Positions 39,501 to 55,500 of a stretch of 64,000 nt of DNA are shown here, piece after piece. Location of the stretch: positions 13,518,001-13,582,000 of the forward strand of contig CM097885.1 in the NCBI GenBank assembly GCA_044892525.1, written 5' to 3'. The notes beneath the pieces are model-generated. The model did not search any database. It was not told the origin of the DNA and was given only the letters and a program-made list of their open reading frames with translations. The DNA comes from Schmidtea polychroa. Lineage: Eukaryota. Numbering within the stretch: the first letter of the stretch is position 1; every line of letters begins with the position of its first letter. The position numbers were made by a program, and so were the translations under genes.

Positions 39501-42500
39501 GAAATCCACTCACTTCACTTTATCTACATTGGCATTTAAAAAATTGTCAATTTGACTCTTGTCAAGTCAAAACAAATTTCTCATGCTTTTGATATTCTTG
39601 ATAGATTTCGTATGATTGCATTAGAAATTGCTTTGACGATTTTTCGTTGTTGAAAACAAAATTTTGTCAAAGACAATTCTGTAAAAATGCATCTCAGGTG
39701 GGACTCGAACCCACAACCTCCGGATTAGAAGTCCGACGCGCTATCCATTGCGCCACTGAGACTCTAAAGAAATCCACTCACTTCACTTTATCTACATTGG
39801 CATTTAAAAAATTGTCAATTTGACTCTTGTCAAGTCAAAACAAATTTCTCATGCTTTTGATATTCTTGATAGATTTCGTATGATTGCATTAGAAATTGCT
39901 TTGACGATTTTTCGTTGTTGAAAACAAAATTTTGTCAAAGACAATTCTGTAAAAATGCATCTCAGGTGGGACTCGAACCCACAACCTCCGGATTAGAAGT
40001 CCGACGCGCTATCCATTGCGCCACTGAGACTCTAAAGAAATCCACTCACTTCACTTTATCTACATTGGCATTTAAAAAATTGTCAATTTGACTCTTGTCA
40101 AGTCAAAACAAATTTCTCATGCTTTTGATATTCTTGATAGATTTCGTATGATTGCATTAGAAATTGCTTTGACGATTTTTCGTTGTTGAAAACAAAATTT
40201 TGTCAAAGACAATTCTGTAAAAATGCATCTCAGGTGGGACTCGAACCCACAACCTCCGGATTAGAAGTCCGACGCGCTATCCATTGCGCCACTGAGACTC
40301 TAAAGAAATCCACTCACTTCACTTTATCTACATTGGCATTTAAAAAATTGTCAATTTGACTCTTGTCAAGTCAAAACAAATTTCTCATGCTTTTGATATT
40401 CTTGATAGATTTCGTATGATTGCATTAGAAATTGCTTTGACGATTTTTCGTTGTTGAAAACAAAATTTTGTCAAAGACAATTCTGTAAAAATGCATCTCA
40501 GGTGGGACTCGAACCCACAACCTCCGGATTAGAAGTCCGACGCGCTATCCATTGCGCCACTGAGACTCTAAAGAAATCCACTCACTTCACTTTATCTACA
40601 TTGGCATTTAAAAAATTGTCAATTTGACTCTTGTCAAGTCAAAACAAATTTCTCATGCTTTTGATATTCTTGATAGATTTCGTATGATTGCATTAGAAAT
40701 TGCTTTGACGATTTTTCGTTGTTGAAAACAAAATTTTGTCAAAGACAATTCTGTAAAAATGCATCTCAGGTGGGACTCGAACCCACAACCTCCGGATTAG
40801 AAGTCCGACGCGCTATCCATTGCGCCACTGAGACTCTAAAGAAATCCACTCACTTCACTTTATCTACATTGGCATTTAAAAAATTGTCAATTTGACTCTT
40901 GTCAAGTCAAAACAAATTTCTCATGCTTTTGATATTCTTGATAGATTTCGTATGATTGCATTAGAAATTGCTTTGACGATTTTTCGTTGTTGAAAACAAA
41001 ATTTTGTCAAAGACAATTCTGTAAAAATGCATCTCAGGTGGGACTCGAACCCACAACCTCCGGATTAGAAGTCCGACGCGCTATCCATTGCGCCACTGAG
41101 ACTCTAAAGAAATCCACTCACTTCACTTTATCTACATTGGCATTTAAAAAATTGTCAATTTGACTCTTGTCAAGTCAAAACAAATTTCTCATGCTTTTGA
41201 TATTCTTGATAGATTTCGTATGATTGCATTAGAAATTGCTTTGACGATTTTTCGTTGTTGAAAACAAAATTTTGTCAAAGACAATTCTGTAAAAATGCAT
41301 CTCAGGTGGGACTCGAACCCACAACCTCCGGATTAGAAGTCCGACGCGCTATCCATTGCGCCACTGAGACTCTAAAGAAATCCACTCACTTCACTTTATC
41401 TACATTGGCATTTAAAAAATTGTCAATTTGACTCTTGTCAAGTCAAAACAAATTTCTCATGCTTTTGATATTCTTGATAGATTTCGTATGATTGCATTAG
41501 AAATTGCTTTGACGATTTTTCGTTGTTGAAAACAAAATTTTGTCAAAGACAATTCTGTAAAAATGCATCTCAGGTGGGACTCGAACCCACAACCTCCGGA
41601 TTAGAAGTCCGACGCGCTATCCATTGCGCCACTGAGACTCTAAAGAAATCCACTCACTTCACTTTATCTACATTGGCATTTAAAAAATTGTCAATTTGAC
41701 TCTTGTCAAGTCAAAACAAATTTCTCATGCTTTTGATATTCTTGATAGATTTCGTATGATTGCATTAGAAATTGCTTTGACGATTTTTCGTTGTTGAAAA
41801 CAAAATTTTGTCAAAGACAATTCTGTAAAAATGCATCTCAGGTGGGACTCGAACCCACAACCTCCGGATTAGAAGTCCGACGCGCTATCCATTGCGCCAC
41901 TGAGACTCTAAAGAAATCCACTCACTTCACTTTATCTACATTGGCATTTAAAAAATTGTCAATTTGACTCTTGTCAAGTCAAAACAAATTTCTCATGCTT
42001 TTGATATTCTTGATAGATTTCGTATGATTGCATTAGAAATTGCTTTGACGATTTTTCGTTGTTGAAAACAAAATTTTGTCAAAGACAATTCTGTAAAAAT
42101 GCATCTCAGGTGGGACTCGAACCCACAACCTCCGGATTAGAAGTCCGACGCGCTATCCATTGCGCCACTGAGACTCTAAAGAAATCCACTCACTTCACTT
42201 TATCTACATTGGCATTTAAAAAATTGTCAATTTGACTCTTGTCAAGTCAAAACAAATTTCTCATGCTTTTGATATTCTTGATAGATTTCGTATGATTGCA
42301 TTAGAAATTGCTTTGACGATTTTTCGTTGTTGAAAACAAAATTTTGTCAAAGACAATTCTGTAAAAATGCATCTCAGGTGGGACTCGAACCCACAACCTC
42401 CGGATTAGAAGTCCGACGCGCTATCCATTGCGCCACTGAGACTCTAAAGAAATCCACTCACTTCACTTTATCTACATTGGCATTTAAAAAATTGTCAATT

Positions 42501-44854
42501 TGACTCTTGTCAAGTCAAAACAAATTTCTCATGCTTTTGATATTCTTGATAGATTTCGTATGATTGCATTAGAAATTGCTTTGACGATTTTTCGTTGTTG
42601 AAAACAAAATTTTGTCAAAGACAATTCTGTAAAAATGTATCTCAGGTGGGACTCGAACCCACAACCTCCGGATTAGAAGTCCGACGCGCTATCCATTGCG
42701 CCACTGAGACTCTAAAGAAATCCACTCATTTCACTTTATCTACATTGGCATTTAAAAAATTGTCAATTTGACTCTTGTCAAGTCAAAACAAATTTCTCAT
42801 GCTTTTGATATTCTTGATAGATTTCGTATGATTGCATTAGAAATTGCTTTGACGATTTTTCGTTGTTGAAAACAAAATTTTGTCAAAGACAATTCTGTAA
42901 AAATGCATCTCAGGTGGGACTCGAACCCACAACCTCCGGATTAGAAGTCCGACGCGCTATCCATTGCGCCACTGAGACTCTAAAGAAATCCACTCACTTC
43001 ACTTTATCTACATTGGCATTTAAAAAATTGTCAATTTGACTCTTGTCAAGTCAAAACAAATTTCTCATGCTTTTGATATTCTTGATAGATTTCGTATGAT
43101 TGCATTAGAAATTGCTTTGACGATTTTTCGTTGTTGAAAACAAAATTTTGTCAAAGACAATTCTGTAAAAATGCATCTCAGGTGGGACTCGAACCCACAA
43201 CCTCCGGATTAGAAGTCCGACGCGCTATCCATTGCGCCACTGAGACTCTAAAGAAATCCACTCACTTCACTTTATCTACATTGGCATTTAAAAAATTGTC
43301 AATTTGACTCTTGTCAAGTCAAAACAAATTTCTCATGCTTTTGATATTCTTGATAGATTTCGTATGATTGCATTAGAAATTGCTTTGACGATTTTTCGTT
43401 GTTGAAAACAAAATTTTGTCAAAGACAATTCTGTAAAAATGCATCTCAGGTGGGACTCGAACCCACAACCTCCGGATTAGAAGTCCGACGCGCTATCCAT
43501 TGCGCCACTGAGACTCTAAAGAAATCCACTCACTTCACTTTATCTACATTGGCATTTAAAAAATTGTCAATTTGACTCTTGTCAAGTCAAAACAAATTTC
43601 TCATGCTTTTGATATTCTTGATAGATTTCGTATGATTGCATTAGAAATTGCTTTGACGATTTTTCGTTGTTGAAAACAAAATTTTGTCAAAGACAATTCT
43701 GTAAAAATGCATCTCAGGTGGGACTCGAACCCACAACCTCCGGATTAGAAGTCCGACGCGCTATCCATTGCGCCACTGAGACTCTAAAGAAATCCACTCA
43801 CTTCACTTTATCTACATTGGCATTTAAAAAATTGTCAATTTGACTCTTGTCAAGTCAAAACAAATTTCTCATGCTTTTGATATTCTTGATAGATTTCGTA
43901 TGATTGCATTAGAAATTGCTTTGACGATTTTTCGTTGTTGAAAACAAAATTTTGTCAAAGACAATTCTGTAAAAATGCATCTCAGGTGGGACTCGAACCC
44001 ACAACCTCCGGATTAGAAGTCCGACGCGCTATCCATTGCGCCACTGAGACTCTAAAGAAATCCACTCACTTCACTTTATCTACATTGGCATTTAAAAAAT
44101 TGTCAATTTGACTCTTGTCAAGTCAAAACAAATTTCTCATGCTTTTGATATTCTTGATAGATTTCGTATGATTGCATTAGAAATTGCTTTGACGATTTTT
44201 CGTTGTTGAAAACAAAATTTTGTCAAAGACAATTCTGTAAAAATGCATCTCAGGTGGGACTCGAACCCACAACCTCCGGATTAGAAGTCCGACGCGCTAT
44301 CCATTGCGCCACTGAGACTCTAAAGAAATCCACTCACTTCACTTTATCTACATTGGCATTTAAAAAATTGTCAATTTGACTCTTGTCAAGTCAAAACAAA
44401 TTTCTCATGCTTTTGATATTCTTGATAGATTTCGTATGATTGCATTAGAAATTGCTTTGACGATTTTTCGTTGTTGAAAACAAAATTTTGTCAAAGACAA
44501 TTCTGTAAAAATGCATCTCAGGTGGGACTCGAACCCACAACCTCCGGATTAGAAGTCCGACGCGCTATCCATTGCGCCACTGAGACTCTAAAGAAATCCA
44601 CTCACTTCACTTTATCTACATTGGCATTTAAAAAATTGTCAATTTGACTCTTGTCAAGTCAAAACAAATTTCTCATGCTTTTGATATTCTTGATAGATTT
44701 CGTATGATTGCATTAGAAATTGCTTTGACGATTTTTCGTTGTTGAAAACAAAATTTTGTCAAAGACAATTCTGTAAAAATGCATCTCAGGTGGGACTCGA
44801 ACCCACAACCTCCGGATTAGAAGTCCGACGCGCTATCCATTGCGCCACTGAGAC
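30578..44854 (-). tRNA. tRNA-Arg-TCT: Sub-array 2: 54 complete tRNA-Arg(UCU) genes
   Basis: First 30578, last 44782; difference is 53 x 268. Confidence 0.95.
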
Positions 44855-45052
44855 TCTAAAGAAATCCACTCACTTCACTTTATCTACATTGGAATTTAAA
44901 AAATTGTCAATTTGACTCTTGTCAAGTCAAAACAAATTTCTCATGCTTTTGATATTCTTGATAGATTTCGTATGATTGCATTAGAAATTGCTTTGACGAT
45001 TTTTCGTTGTTGAAAACAAAATTTTGTCAAAGACAATTCTGTAAAAATGCAT

Positions 45053-46293
45053 TACTTTTCCAATTATTTATGACATGCCAAGCTATGACCAATCGTCGAC
45101 TGACAGTACTTCTTATACAGTTTGCTTGATAAAATATATATATATATAAATTATAGCATCATGTATCATCCATAATCATCTTAAATATTATCATTATATT
45201 ATTATTTAATTCATTTAAAAATTATTGATAAATGAATTAAATATTAAATTAAATTAAAAATTATTATTATTATTATTATTATTTACAAAAATATTATTAT
45301 TTAAATTAACATTCATGATTGCAGTTAGCAACCATGAATGCTAACAAAGACATCATGTGTTTAATGCGTGATCAGCGCATAAAGACAATGATTAATGACA
45401 AAGACAGTGCATGATCAGTGCATGTCTCATAAAGAAACATAATGAAATTAAAATTCCTATAGAAAAAAGATTTAAAATTATCTAAACCTAAAGGATTGGC
45501 ATTTAATTCCTCCCCAGATAAAAATTTATTTAATTTTAAGTATTTATTCTTTGATTCCTTAATTTTAGTTAAAGGAATCAAATTTGGAAACTTATTATAG
45601 AGCTGTTTTCGCTCTTTTTTTTAGTTAAAATACGAATATAAGTTTTAAAATCAAATATTTTATTACTTATTTTCGGTTTGGAAATAAAAACTTTAGGATT
45701 TACAGAACTTTTATTATTGTTTATTGAAATTTTAAAATTTTCGAAATTTTGACTATCGATATTAAAATCGTTATTAACATTAATATTGAGAATTTTATCA
45801 CAAGTCGAATTATTAACATTACAATTATCTATATTTACAATTTCATTAGCTTTAGAATTTTTATTTAAAGAAAATTTATCAAAATTATTTAAATTATTAG
45901 AGAAATTTTCAAAATTTAAAGATAAACATTCTAACCGTTCGAACATCTTTGAAAATAAAATCTCCATTGAATCCAAACGTTTCTCGAAATTCTGAAACTG
46001 ATTGTCTGGCTTGTTTGGAAGGACATTGTTCATCGAATGATTCTCCATGGAAGTCATATTAATTCCAGCTTTGAATTGATCGAAAAAGTCCAAAATAGCT
46101 TGAGTTGATTGCAATTGATATTGGAATAATTTCTGAAATTTCTTCATACCAATTGCATTATTACACAATACATCTGCAGTCATTAATTGAACTTCAGTGT
46201 GCATATCTTGTTGATGCATTGCGTCAGGCGATGGCGTCATCTTGTTCATTTGATATTCTTGATAGATTTCATATGATTGCTTTAGAAATTGCT
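45053..46293 (-). mobile_element. Second copy of the 1.24-kb cassette
   Basis: Same junctions and ORFs as 29123-30363 (offset 15930). Confidence 0.92.
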
Positions 46294-46507
46294 TCCATTG
46301 CGCCACTGAGACTCTAAAGAAATCCACTCACTTCACTTTATCTAGATTGGCATTTAAAAAATTGTCAATTTGACTCTTGTCAAGTCAAAACAAATTTCTC
46401 ATGCTTTTGATATTCTTGATAGATTTCGTATGATTGCATTAGAAATTGCTTTGACGATTTTTCGTTGTTGAAAACAAAATTTTGTCAAAGACAATTCTGT
46501 AAAAATG

Positions 46508-49500
46508 CATCTCAGGTGGGACTCGAACCCACAACCTCCGGATTAGAAGTCCGACGCGCTATCCATTGCGCCACTGAGACTCTAAAGAAATCCACTCACT
46601 TCACTTTATCTACATTGGCATTTAAAAAATTGTCAATTTGACTCTTGTCAAGTCAAAACAAATTTCTCATGCTTTTGATATTCTTGATAGATTTCGTATG
46701 ATTGCATTAGAAATTGCTTTGACGATTTTTCGTTGTTGAAAACAAAATTTTGTCAAAGACAATTCTGTAAAAATGCATCTCAGGTGGGACTCGAACCCAC
46801 AACCTCCGGATTAGAAGTCCGACGCGCTATCCATTGCGCCACTGAGACTCTAAAGAAATCCACTCACTTCACTTTATCTACATTGGCATTTAAAAAATTG
46901 TCAATTTGACTCTTGTCAAGTCAAAACAAATTTCTCATGCTTTTGATATTCTTGATAGATTTCGTATGATTGCATTAGAAATTGCTTTGACGATTTTTCG
47001 TTGTTGAAAACAAAATTTTGTCAAAGACAATTCTGTAAAAATGCATCTCAGGTGGGACTCGAACCCACAACCTCCGGATTAGAAGTCCGACGCGCTATCC
47101 ATTGCGCCACTGAGACTCTAAAGAAATCCACTCACTTCACTTTATCTACATTGGCATTTAAAAAATTGTCAATTTGACTCTTGTCAAGTCAAAACAAATT
47201 TCTCATGCTTTTGATATTCTTGATAGATTTCGTATGATTGCATTAGAAATTGCTTTGACGATTTTTCGTTGTTGAAAACAAAATTTTGTCAAAGACAATT
47301 CTGTAAAAATGCATCTCAGGTGGGACTCGAACCCACAACCTCCGGATTAGAAGTCCGACGCGCTATCCATTGCGCCACTGAGACTCTAAAGAAATCCACT
47401 CACTTCACTTTATCTACATTGGCATTTAAAAAATTGTCAATTTGACTCTTGTCAAGTCAAAACAAATTTCTCATGCTTTTGATATTCTTGATAGATTTCG
47501 TATGATTGCATTAGAAATTGCTTTGACGATTTTTCGTTGTTGAAAACAAAATTTTGTCAAAGACAATTCTGTAAAAATGCATCTCAGGTGGGACTCGAAC
47601 CCACAACCTCCGGATTAGAAGTCCGACGCGCTATCCATTGCGCCACTGAGACTCTAAAGAAATCCACTCACTTCACTTTATCTACATTGGCATTTAAAAA
47701 ATTGTCAATTTGACTCTTGTCAAGTCAAAACAAATTTCTCATGCTTTTGATATTCTTGATAGATTTCGTATGATTGCATTAGAAATTGCTTTGACGATTT
47801 TTCGTTGTTGAAAACAAAATTTTGTCAAAGACAATTCTGTAAAAATGCATCTCAGGTGGGACTCGAACCCACAACCTCCGGATTAGAAGTCCGACGCGCT
47901 ATCCATTGCGCCACTGAGACTCTAAAGAAATCCACTCACTTCACTTTATCTACATTGGCATTTAAAAAATTGTCAATTTGACTCTTGTCAAGTCAAAACA
48001 AATTTCTCATGCTTTTGATATTCTTGATAGATTTCGTATGATTGCATTAGAAATTGCTTTGACGATTTTTCGTTGTTGAAAACAAAATTTTGTCAAAGAC
48101 AATTCTGTAAAAATGCATCTCAGGTGGGACTCGAACCCACAACCTCCGGATTAGAAGTCCGACGCGCTATCCATTGCGCCACTGAGACTCTAAAGAAATC
48201 CACTCACTTCACTTTATCTACATTGGCATTTAAAAAATTGTCAATTTGACTCTTGTCAAGTCAAAACAAATTTCTCATGCTTTTGATATTCTTGATAGAT
48301 TTCGTATGATTGCATTAGAAATTGCTTTGACGATTTTTCGTTGTTGAAAACAAAATTTTGTCAAAGACAATTCTGTAAAAATGCATCTCAGGTGGGACTC
48401 GAACCCACAACCTCCGGATTAGAAGTCCGACGCGCTATCCATTGCGCCACTGAGACTCTAAAGAAATCCACTCACTTCACTTTATCTACATTGGCATTTA
48501 AAAAATTGTCAATTTGACTCTTGTCAAGTCAAAACAAATTTCTCATGCTTTTGATATTCTTGATAGATTTCGTATGATTGCATTAGAAATTGCTTTGACG
48601 ATTTTTCGTTGTTGAAAACAAAATTTTGTCAAAGACAATTCTGTAAAAATGCATCTCAGGTGGGACTCGAACCCACAACCTCCGGATTAGAAGTCCGACG
48701 CGCTATCCATTGCGCCACTGAGACTCTAAAGAAATCCACTCACTTCACTTTATCTACATTGGCATTTAAAAAATTGTCAATTTGACTCTTGTCAAGTCAA
48801 AACAAATTTCTCATGCTTTTGATATTCTTGATAGATTTCGTATGATTGCATTAGAAATTGCTTTGACGATTTTTCGTTGTTGAAAACAAAATTTTGTCAA
48901 AGACAATTCTGTAAAAATGCATCTCAGGTGGGACTCGAACCCACAACCTCCGGATTAGAAGTCCGACGCGCTATCCATTGCGCCACTGAGACTCTAAAGA
49001 AATCCACTCACTTCACTTTATCTACATTGGCATTTAAAAAATTGTCAATTTGACTCTTGTCAAGTCAAAACAAATTTCTCATGCTTTTGATATTCTTGAT
49101 AGATTTCGTATGATTGCATTAGAAATTGCTTTGACGATTTTTCGTTGTTGAAAACAAAATTTTGTCAAAGACAATTCTGTAAAAATGCATCTCAGGTGGG
49201 ACTCGAACCCACAACCTCCGGATTAGAAGTCCGACGCGCTATCCATTGCGCCACTGAGACTCTAAAGAAATCCACTCACTTCACTTTATCTACATTGGCA
49301 TTTAAAAAATTGTCAATTTGACTCTTGTCAAGTCAAAACAAATTTCTCATGCTTTTGATATTCTTGATAGATTTCGTATGATTGCATTAGAAATTGCTTT
49401 GACGATTTTTCGTTGTTGAAAACAAAATTTTGTCAAAGACAATTCTGTAAAAATGCATCTCAGGTGGGACTCGAACCCACAACCTCCGGATTAGAAGTCC

Positions 49501-52500
49501 GACGCGCTATCCATTGCGCCACTGAGACTCTAAAGAAATCCACTCACTTCACTTTATCTACATTGGCATTTAAAAAATTGTCAATTTGACTCTTGTCAAG
49601 TCAAAACAAATTTCTCATGCTTTTGATATTCTTGATAGATTTCGTATGATTGCATTAGAAATTGCTTTGACGATTTTTCGTTGTTGAAAACAAAATTTTG
49701 TCAAAGACAATTCTGTAAAAATGTATCTCAGGTGGGACTCGAACCCACAACCTCCGGATTAGAAGTCCGACGCGCTATCCATTGCGCCACTGAGACTCTA
49801 AAGAAATCCACTCACTTCACTTTATCTACATTGGCATTTAAAAAATTGTCAATTTGACTCTTGTCAAGTCAAAACAAATTTCTCATGCTTTTGATATTCT
49901 TGATAGATTTCGTATGATTGCATTAGAAATTGCTTTGACGATTTTTCGTTGTTGAAAACAAAATTTTGTCAAAGACAATTCTGTAAAAATGCATCTCAGG
50001 TGGGACTCGAACCCACAACCTCCGGATTAGAAGTCCGACGCGCTATCCATTGCGCCACTGAGACTCTAAAGAAATCCACTCACTTCACTTTATCTACATT
50101 GGCATTTAAAAAATTGTCAATTTGACTCTTGTCAAGTCAAAACAAATTTCTCATGCTTTTGATATTCTTGATAGATTTCGTATGATTGCATTAGAAATTG
50201 CTTTGACGATTTTTCGTTGTTGAAAACAAAATTTTGTCAAAGACAATTCTGTAAAAATGCATCTCAGGTGGGACTCGAACCCACAACCTCCGGATTAGAA
50301 GTCCGACGCGCTATCCATTGCGCCACTGAGACTCTAAAGAAATCCACTCACTTCACTTTATCTACATTGGCATTTAAAAAATTGTCAATTTGACTCTTGT
50401 CAAGTCAAAACAAATTTCTCATGCTTTTGATATTCTTGATAGATTTCGTATGATTGCATTAGAAATTGCTTTGACGATTTTTCGTTGTTGAAAACAAAAT
50501 TTTGTCAAAGACAATTCTGTAAAAATGTATCTCAGGTGGGACTCGAACCCACAACCTCCGGATTAGAAGTCCGACGCGCTATCCATTGCGCCACTGAGAC
50601 TCTAAAGAAATCCACTCACTTCACTTTATCTACATTGGCATTTAAAAAATTGTCAATTTGACTCTTGTCAAGTCAAAACAAATTTCTCATGCTTTTGATA
50701 TTCTTGATAGATTTCGTATGATTGCATTAGAAATTGCTTTGACGATTTTTCGTTGTTGAAAACAAAATTTTGTCAAAGACAATTCTGTAAAAATGCATCT
50801 CAGGTGGGACTCGAACCCACAACCTCCGGATTAGAAGTCCGACGCGCTATCCATTGCGCCACTGAGACTCTAAAGAAATCCACTCACTTCACTTTATCTA
50901 CATTGGCATTTAAAAAATTGTCAATTTGACTCTTGTCAAGTCAAAACAAATTTCTCATGCTTTTGATATTCTTGATAGATTTCGTATGATTGCATTAGAA
51001 ATTGCTTTGACGATTTTTCGTTGTTGAAAACAAAATTTTGTCAAAGACAATTCTGTAAAAATGCATCTCAGGTGGGACTCGAACCCACAACCTCCGGATT
51101 AGAAGTCCGACGCGCTATCCATTGCGCCACTGAGACTCTAAAGAAATCCACTCACTTCACTTTATCTACATTGGCATTTAAAAAATTGTCAATTTGACTC
51201 TTGTCAAGTCAAAACAAATTTCTCATGCTTTTGATATTCTTGATAGATTTCGTATGATTGCATTAGAAATTGCTTTGACGATTTTTCGTTGTTGAAAACA
51301 AAATTTTGTCAAAGACAATTCTGTAAAAATGCATCTCAGGTGGGACTCGAACCCACAACCTCCGGATTAGAAGTCCGACGCGCTATCCATTGCGCCACTG
51401 AGACTCTAAAGAAATCCACTCACTTCACTTTATCTACATTGGCATTTAAAAAATTGTCAATTTGACTCTTGTCAAGTCAAAACAAATTTCTCATGCTTTT
51501 GATATTCTTGATAGATTTCGTATGATTGCATTAGAAATTGCTTTGACGATTTTTCGTTGTTGAAAACAAAATTTTGTCAAAGACAATTCTGTAAAAATGC
51601 ATCTCAGGTGGGACTCGAACCCACAACCTCCGGATTAGAAGTCCGACGCGCTATCCATTGCGCCACTGAGACTCTAAAGAAATCCACTCACTTCACTTTA
51701 TCTACATTGGCATTTAAAAAATTGTCAATTTGACTCTTGTCAAGTCAAAACAAATTTCTCATGCTTTTGATATTCTTGATAGATTTCGTATGATTGCATT
51801 AGAAATTGCTTTGACGATTTTTCGTTGTTGAAAACAAAATTTTGTCAAAGACAATTCTGTAAAAATGCATCTCAGGTGGGACTCGAACCCACAACCTCCG
51901 GATTAGAAGTCCGACGCGCTATCCATTGCGCCACTGAGACTCTAAAGAAATCCACTCACTTCACTTTATCTACATTGGCATTTAAAAAATTGTCAATTTG
52001 ACTCTTGTCAAGTCAAAACAAATTTCTCATGCTTTTGATATTCTTGATAGATTTCGTATGATTGCATTAGAAATTGCTTTGACGATTTTTCGTTGTTGAA
52101 AACAAAATTTTGTCAAAGACAATTCTGTAAAAATGCATCTCAGGTGGGACTCGAACCCACAACCTCCGGATTAGAAGTCCGACGCGCTATCCATTGCGCC
52201 ACTGAGACTCTAAAGAAATCCACTCACTTCACTTTATCTACATTGGCATTTAAAAAATTGTCAATTTGACTCTTGTCAAGTCAAAACAAATTTCTCATGC
52301 TTTTGATATTCTTGATAGATTTCGTATGATTGCATTAGAAATTGCTTTGACGATTTTTCGTTGTTGAAAACAAAATTTTGTCAAAGACAATTCTGTAAAA
52401 ATGCATCTCAGGTGGGACTCGAACCCACAACCTCCGGATTAGAAGTCCGACGCGCTATCCATTGCGCCACTGAGACTCTAAAGAAATCCACTCACTTCAC

Positions 52501-55500
52501 TTTATCTACATTGGCATTTAAAAAATTGTCAATTTGACTCTTGTCAAGTCAAAACAAATTTCTCATGCTTTTGATATTCTTGATAGATTTCGTATGATTG
52601 CATTAGAAATTGCTTTGACGATTTTTCGTTGTTGAAAACAAAATTTTGTCAAAGACAATTCTGTAAAAATGCATCTCAGGTGGGACTCGAACCCACAACC
52701 TCCGGATTAGAAGTCCGACGCGCTATCCATTGCGCCACTGAGACTCTAAAGAAATCCACTCACTTCACTTTATCTACATTGGCATTTAAAAAATTGTCAA
52801 TTTGACTCTTGTCAAGTCAAAACAAATTTCTCATGCTTTTGATATTCTTGATAGATTTCGTATGATTGCATTAGAAATTGCTTTGACGATTTTTCGTTGT
52901 TGAAAACAAAATTTTGTCAAAGACAATTCTGTAAAAATGCATCTCAGGTGGGACTCGAACCCACAACCTCCGGATTAGAAGTCCGACGCGCTATCCATTG
53001 CGCCACTGAGACTCTAAAGAAATCCACTCACTTCACTTTATCTACATTGGCATTTAAAAAATTGTCAATTTGACTCTTGTCAAGTCAAAACAAATTTCTC
53101 ATGCTTTTGATATTCTTGATAGATTTCGTATGATTGCATTAGAAATTGCTTTGACGATTTTTCGTTGTTGAAAACAAAATTTTGTCAAAGACAATTCTGT
53201 AAAAATGCATCTCAGGTGGGACTCGAACCCACAACCTCCGGATTAGAAGTCCGACGCGCTATCCATTGCGCCACTGAGACTCTAAAGAAATCCACTCACT
53301 TCACTTTATCTACATTGGCATTTAAAAAATTGTCAATTTGACTCTTGTCAAGTCAAAACAAATTTCTCATGCTTTTGATATTCTTGATAGATTTCGTATG
53401 ATTGCATTAGAAATTGCTTTGACGATTTTTCGTTGTTGAAAACAAAATTTTGTCAAAGACAATTCTGTAAAAATGCATCTCAGGTGGGACTCGAACCCAC
53501 AACCTCCGGATTAGAAGTCCGACGCGCTATCCATTGCGCCACTGAGACTCTAAAGAAATCCACTCACTTCACTTTATCTACATTGGCATTTAAAAAATTG
53601 TCAATTTGACTCTTGTCAAGTCAAAACAAATTTCTCATGCTTTTGATATTCTTGATAGATTTCGTATGATTGCATTAGAAATTGCTTTGACGATTTTTCG
53701 TTGTTGAAAACAAAATTTTGTCAAAGACAATTCTGTAAAAATGCATCTCAGGTGGGACTCGAACCCACAACCTCCGGATTAGAAGTCCGACGCGCTATCC
53801 ATTGCGCCACTGAGACTCTAAAGAAATCCACTCACTTCACTTTATCTACATTGGCATTTAAAAAATTGTCAATTTGACTCTTGTCAAGTCAAAACAAATT
53901 TCTCATGCTTTTGATATTCTTGATAGATTTCGTATGATTGCATTAGAAATTGCTTTGACGATTTTTCGTTGTTGAAAACAAAATTTTGTCAAAGACAATT
54001 CTGTAAAAATGCATCTCAGGTGGGACTCGAACCCACAACCTCCGGATTAGAAGTCCGACGCGCTATCCATTGCGCCACTGAGACTCTAAAGAAATCCACT
54101 CACTTCACTTTATCTACATTGGCATTTAAAAAATTGTCAATTTGACTCTTGTCAAGTCAAAACAAATTTCTCATGCTTTTGATATTCTTGATAGATTTCG
54201 TATGATTGCATTAGAAATTGCTTTGACGATTTTTCGTTGTTGAAAACAAAATTTTGTCAAAGACAATTCTGTAAAAATGCATCTCAGGTGGGACTCGAAC
54301 CCACAACCTCCGGATTAGAAGTCCGACGCGCTATCCATTGCGCCACTGAGACTCTAAAGAAATCCACTCACTTCACTTTATCTACATTGGAATTTAAAAA
54401 ATTGTCAATTTGACTCTTGTCAAGTCAAAACAAATTTCTCATGCTTTTGATATTCTTGATAGATTTCGTATGATTGCATTAGAAATTGCTTTGACGATTT
54501 TTCGTTGTTGAAAACAAAATTTTGTCAAAGACAATTCTGTAAAAATGCATCTCAGGTGGGACTCGAACCCACAACCTCCGGATTAGAAGTCCGACGCGCT
54601 ATCCATTGCGCCACTGAGACTCTAAAGAAATCCACTCACTTCACTTTATCTACATTGGCATTTAAAAAATTGTCAATTTGACTCTTGTCAAGTCAAAACA
54701 AATTTCTCATGCTTTTGATATTCTTGATAGATTTCGTATGATTGCATTAGAAATTGCTTTGACGATTTTTCGTTGTTGAAAACAAAATTTTGTCAAAGAC
54801 AATTCTGTAAAAATGCATCTCAGGTGGGACTCGAACCCACAACCTCCGGATTAGAAGTCCGACGCGCTATCCATTGCGCCACTGAGACTCTAAAGAAATC
54901 CACTCACTTCACTTTATCTACATTGGAATTTAAAAAATTGTCAATTTGACTCTTGTCAAGTCAAAACAAATTTCTCATGCTTTTGATATTCTTGATAGAT
55001 TTCGTATGATTGCATTAGAAATTGCTTTGACGATTTTTCGTTGTTGAAAACAAAATTTTGTCAAAGACAATTCTGTAAAAATGCATCTCAGGTGGGACTC
55101 GAACCCACAACCTCCGGATTAGAAGTCCGACGCGCTATCCATTGCGCCACTGAGACTCTAAAGAAATCCACTCACTTCACTTTATCTACATTGGCATTTA
55201 AAAAATTGTCAATTTGACTCTTGTCAAGTCAAAACAAATTTCTCATGCTTTTGATATTCTTGATAGATTTCGTATGATTGCATTAGAAATTGCTTTGACG
55301 ATTTTTCGTTGTTGAAAACAAAATTTTGTCAAAGACAATTCTGTAAAAATGCATCTCAGGTGGGACTCGAACCCACAACCTCCGGATTAGAAGTCCGACG
55401 CGCTATCCATTGCGCCACTGAGACTCTAAAGAAATCCACTCACTTCACTTTATCTACATTGGCATTTAAAAAATTGTCAATTTGACTCTTGTCAAGTCAA

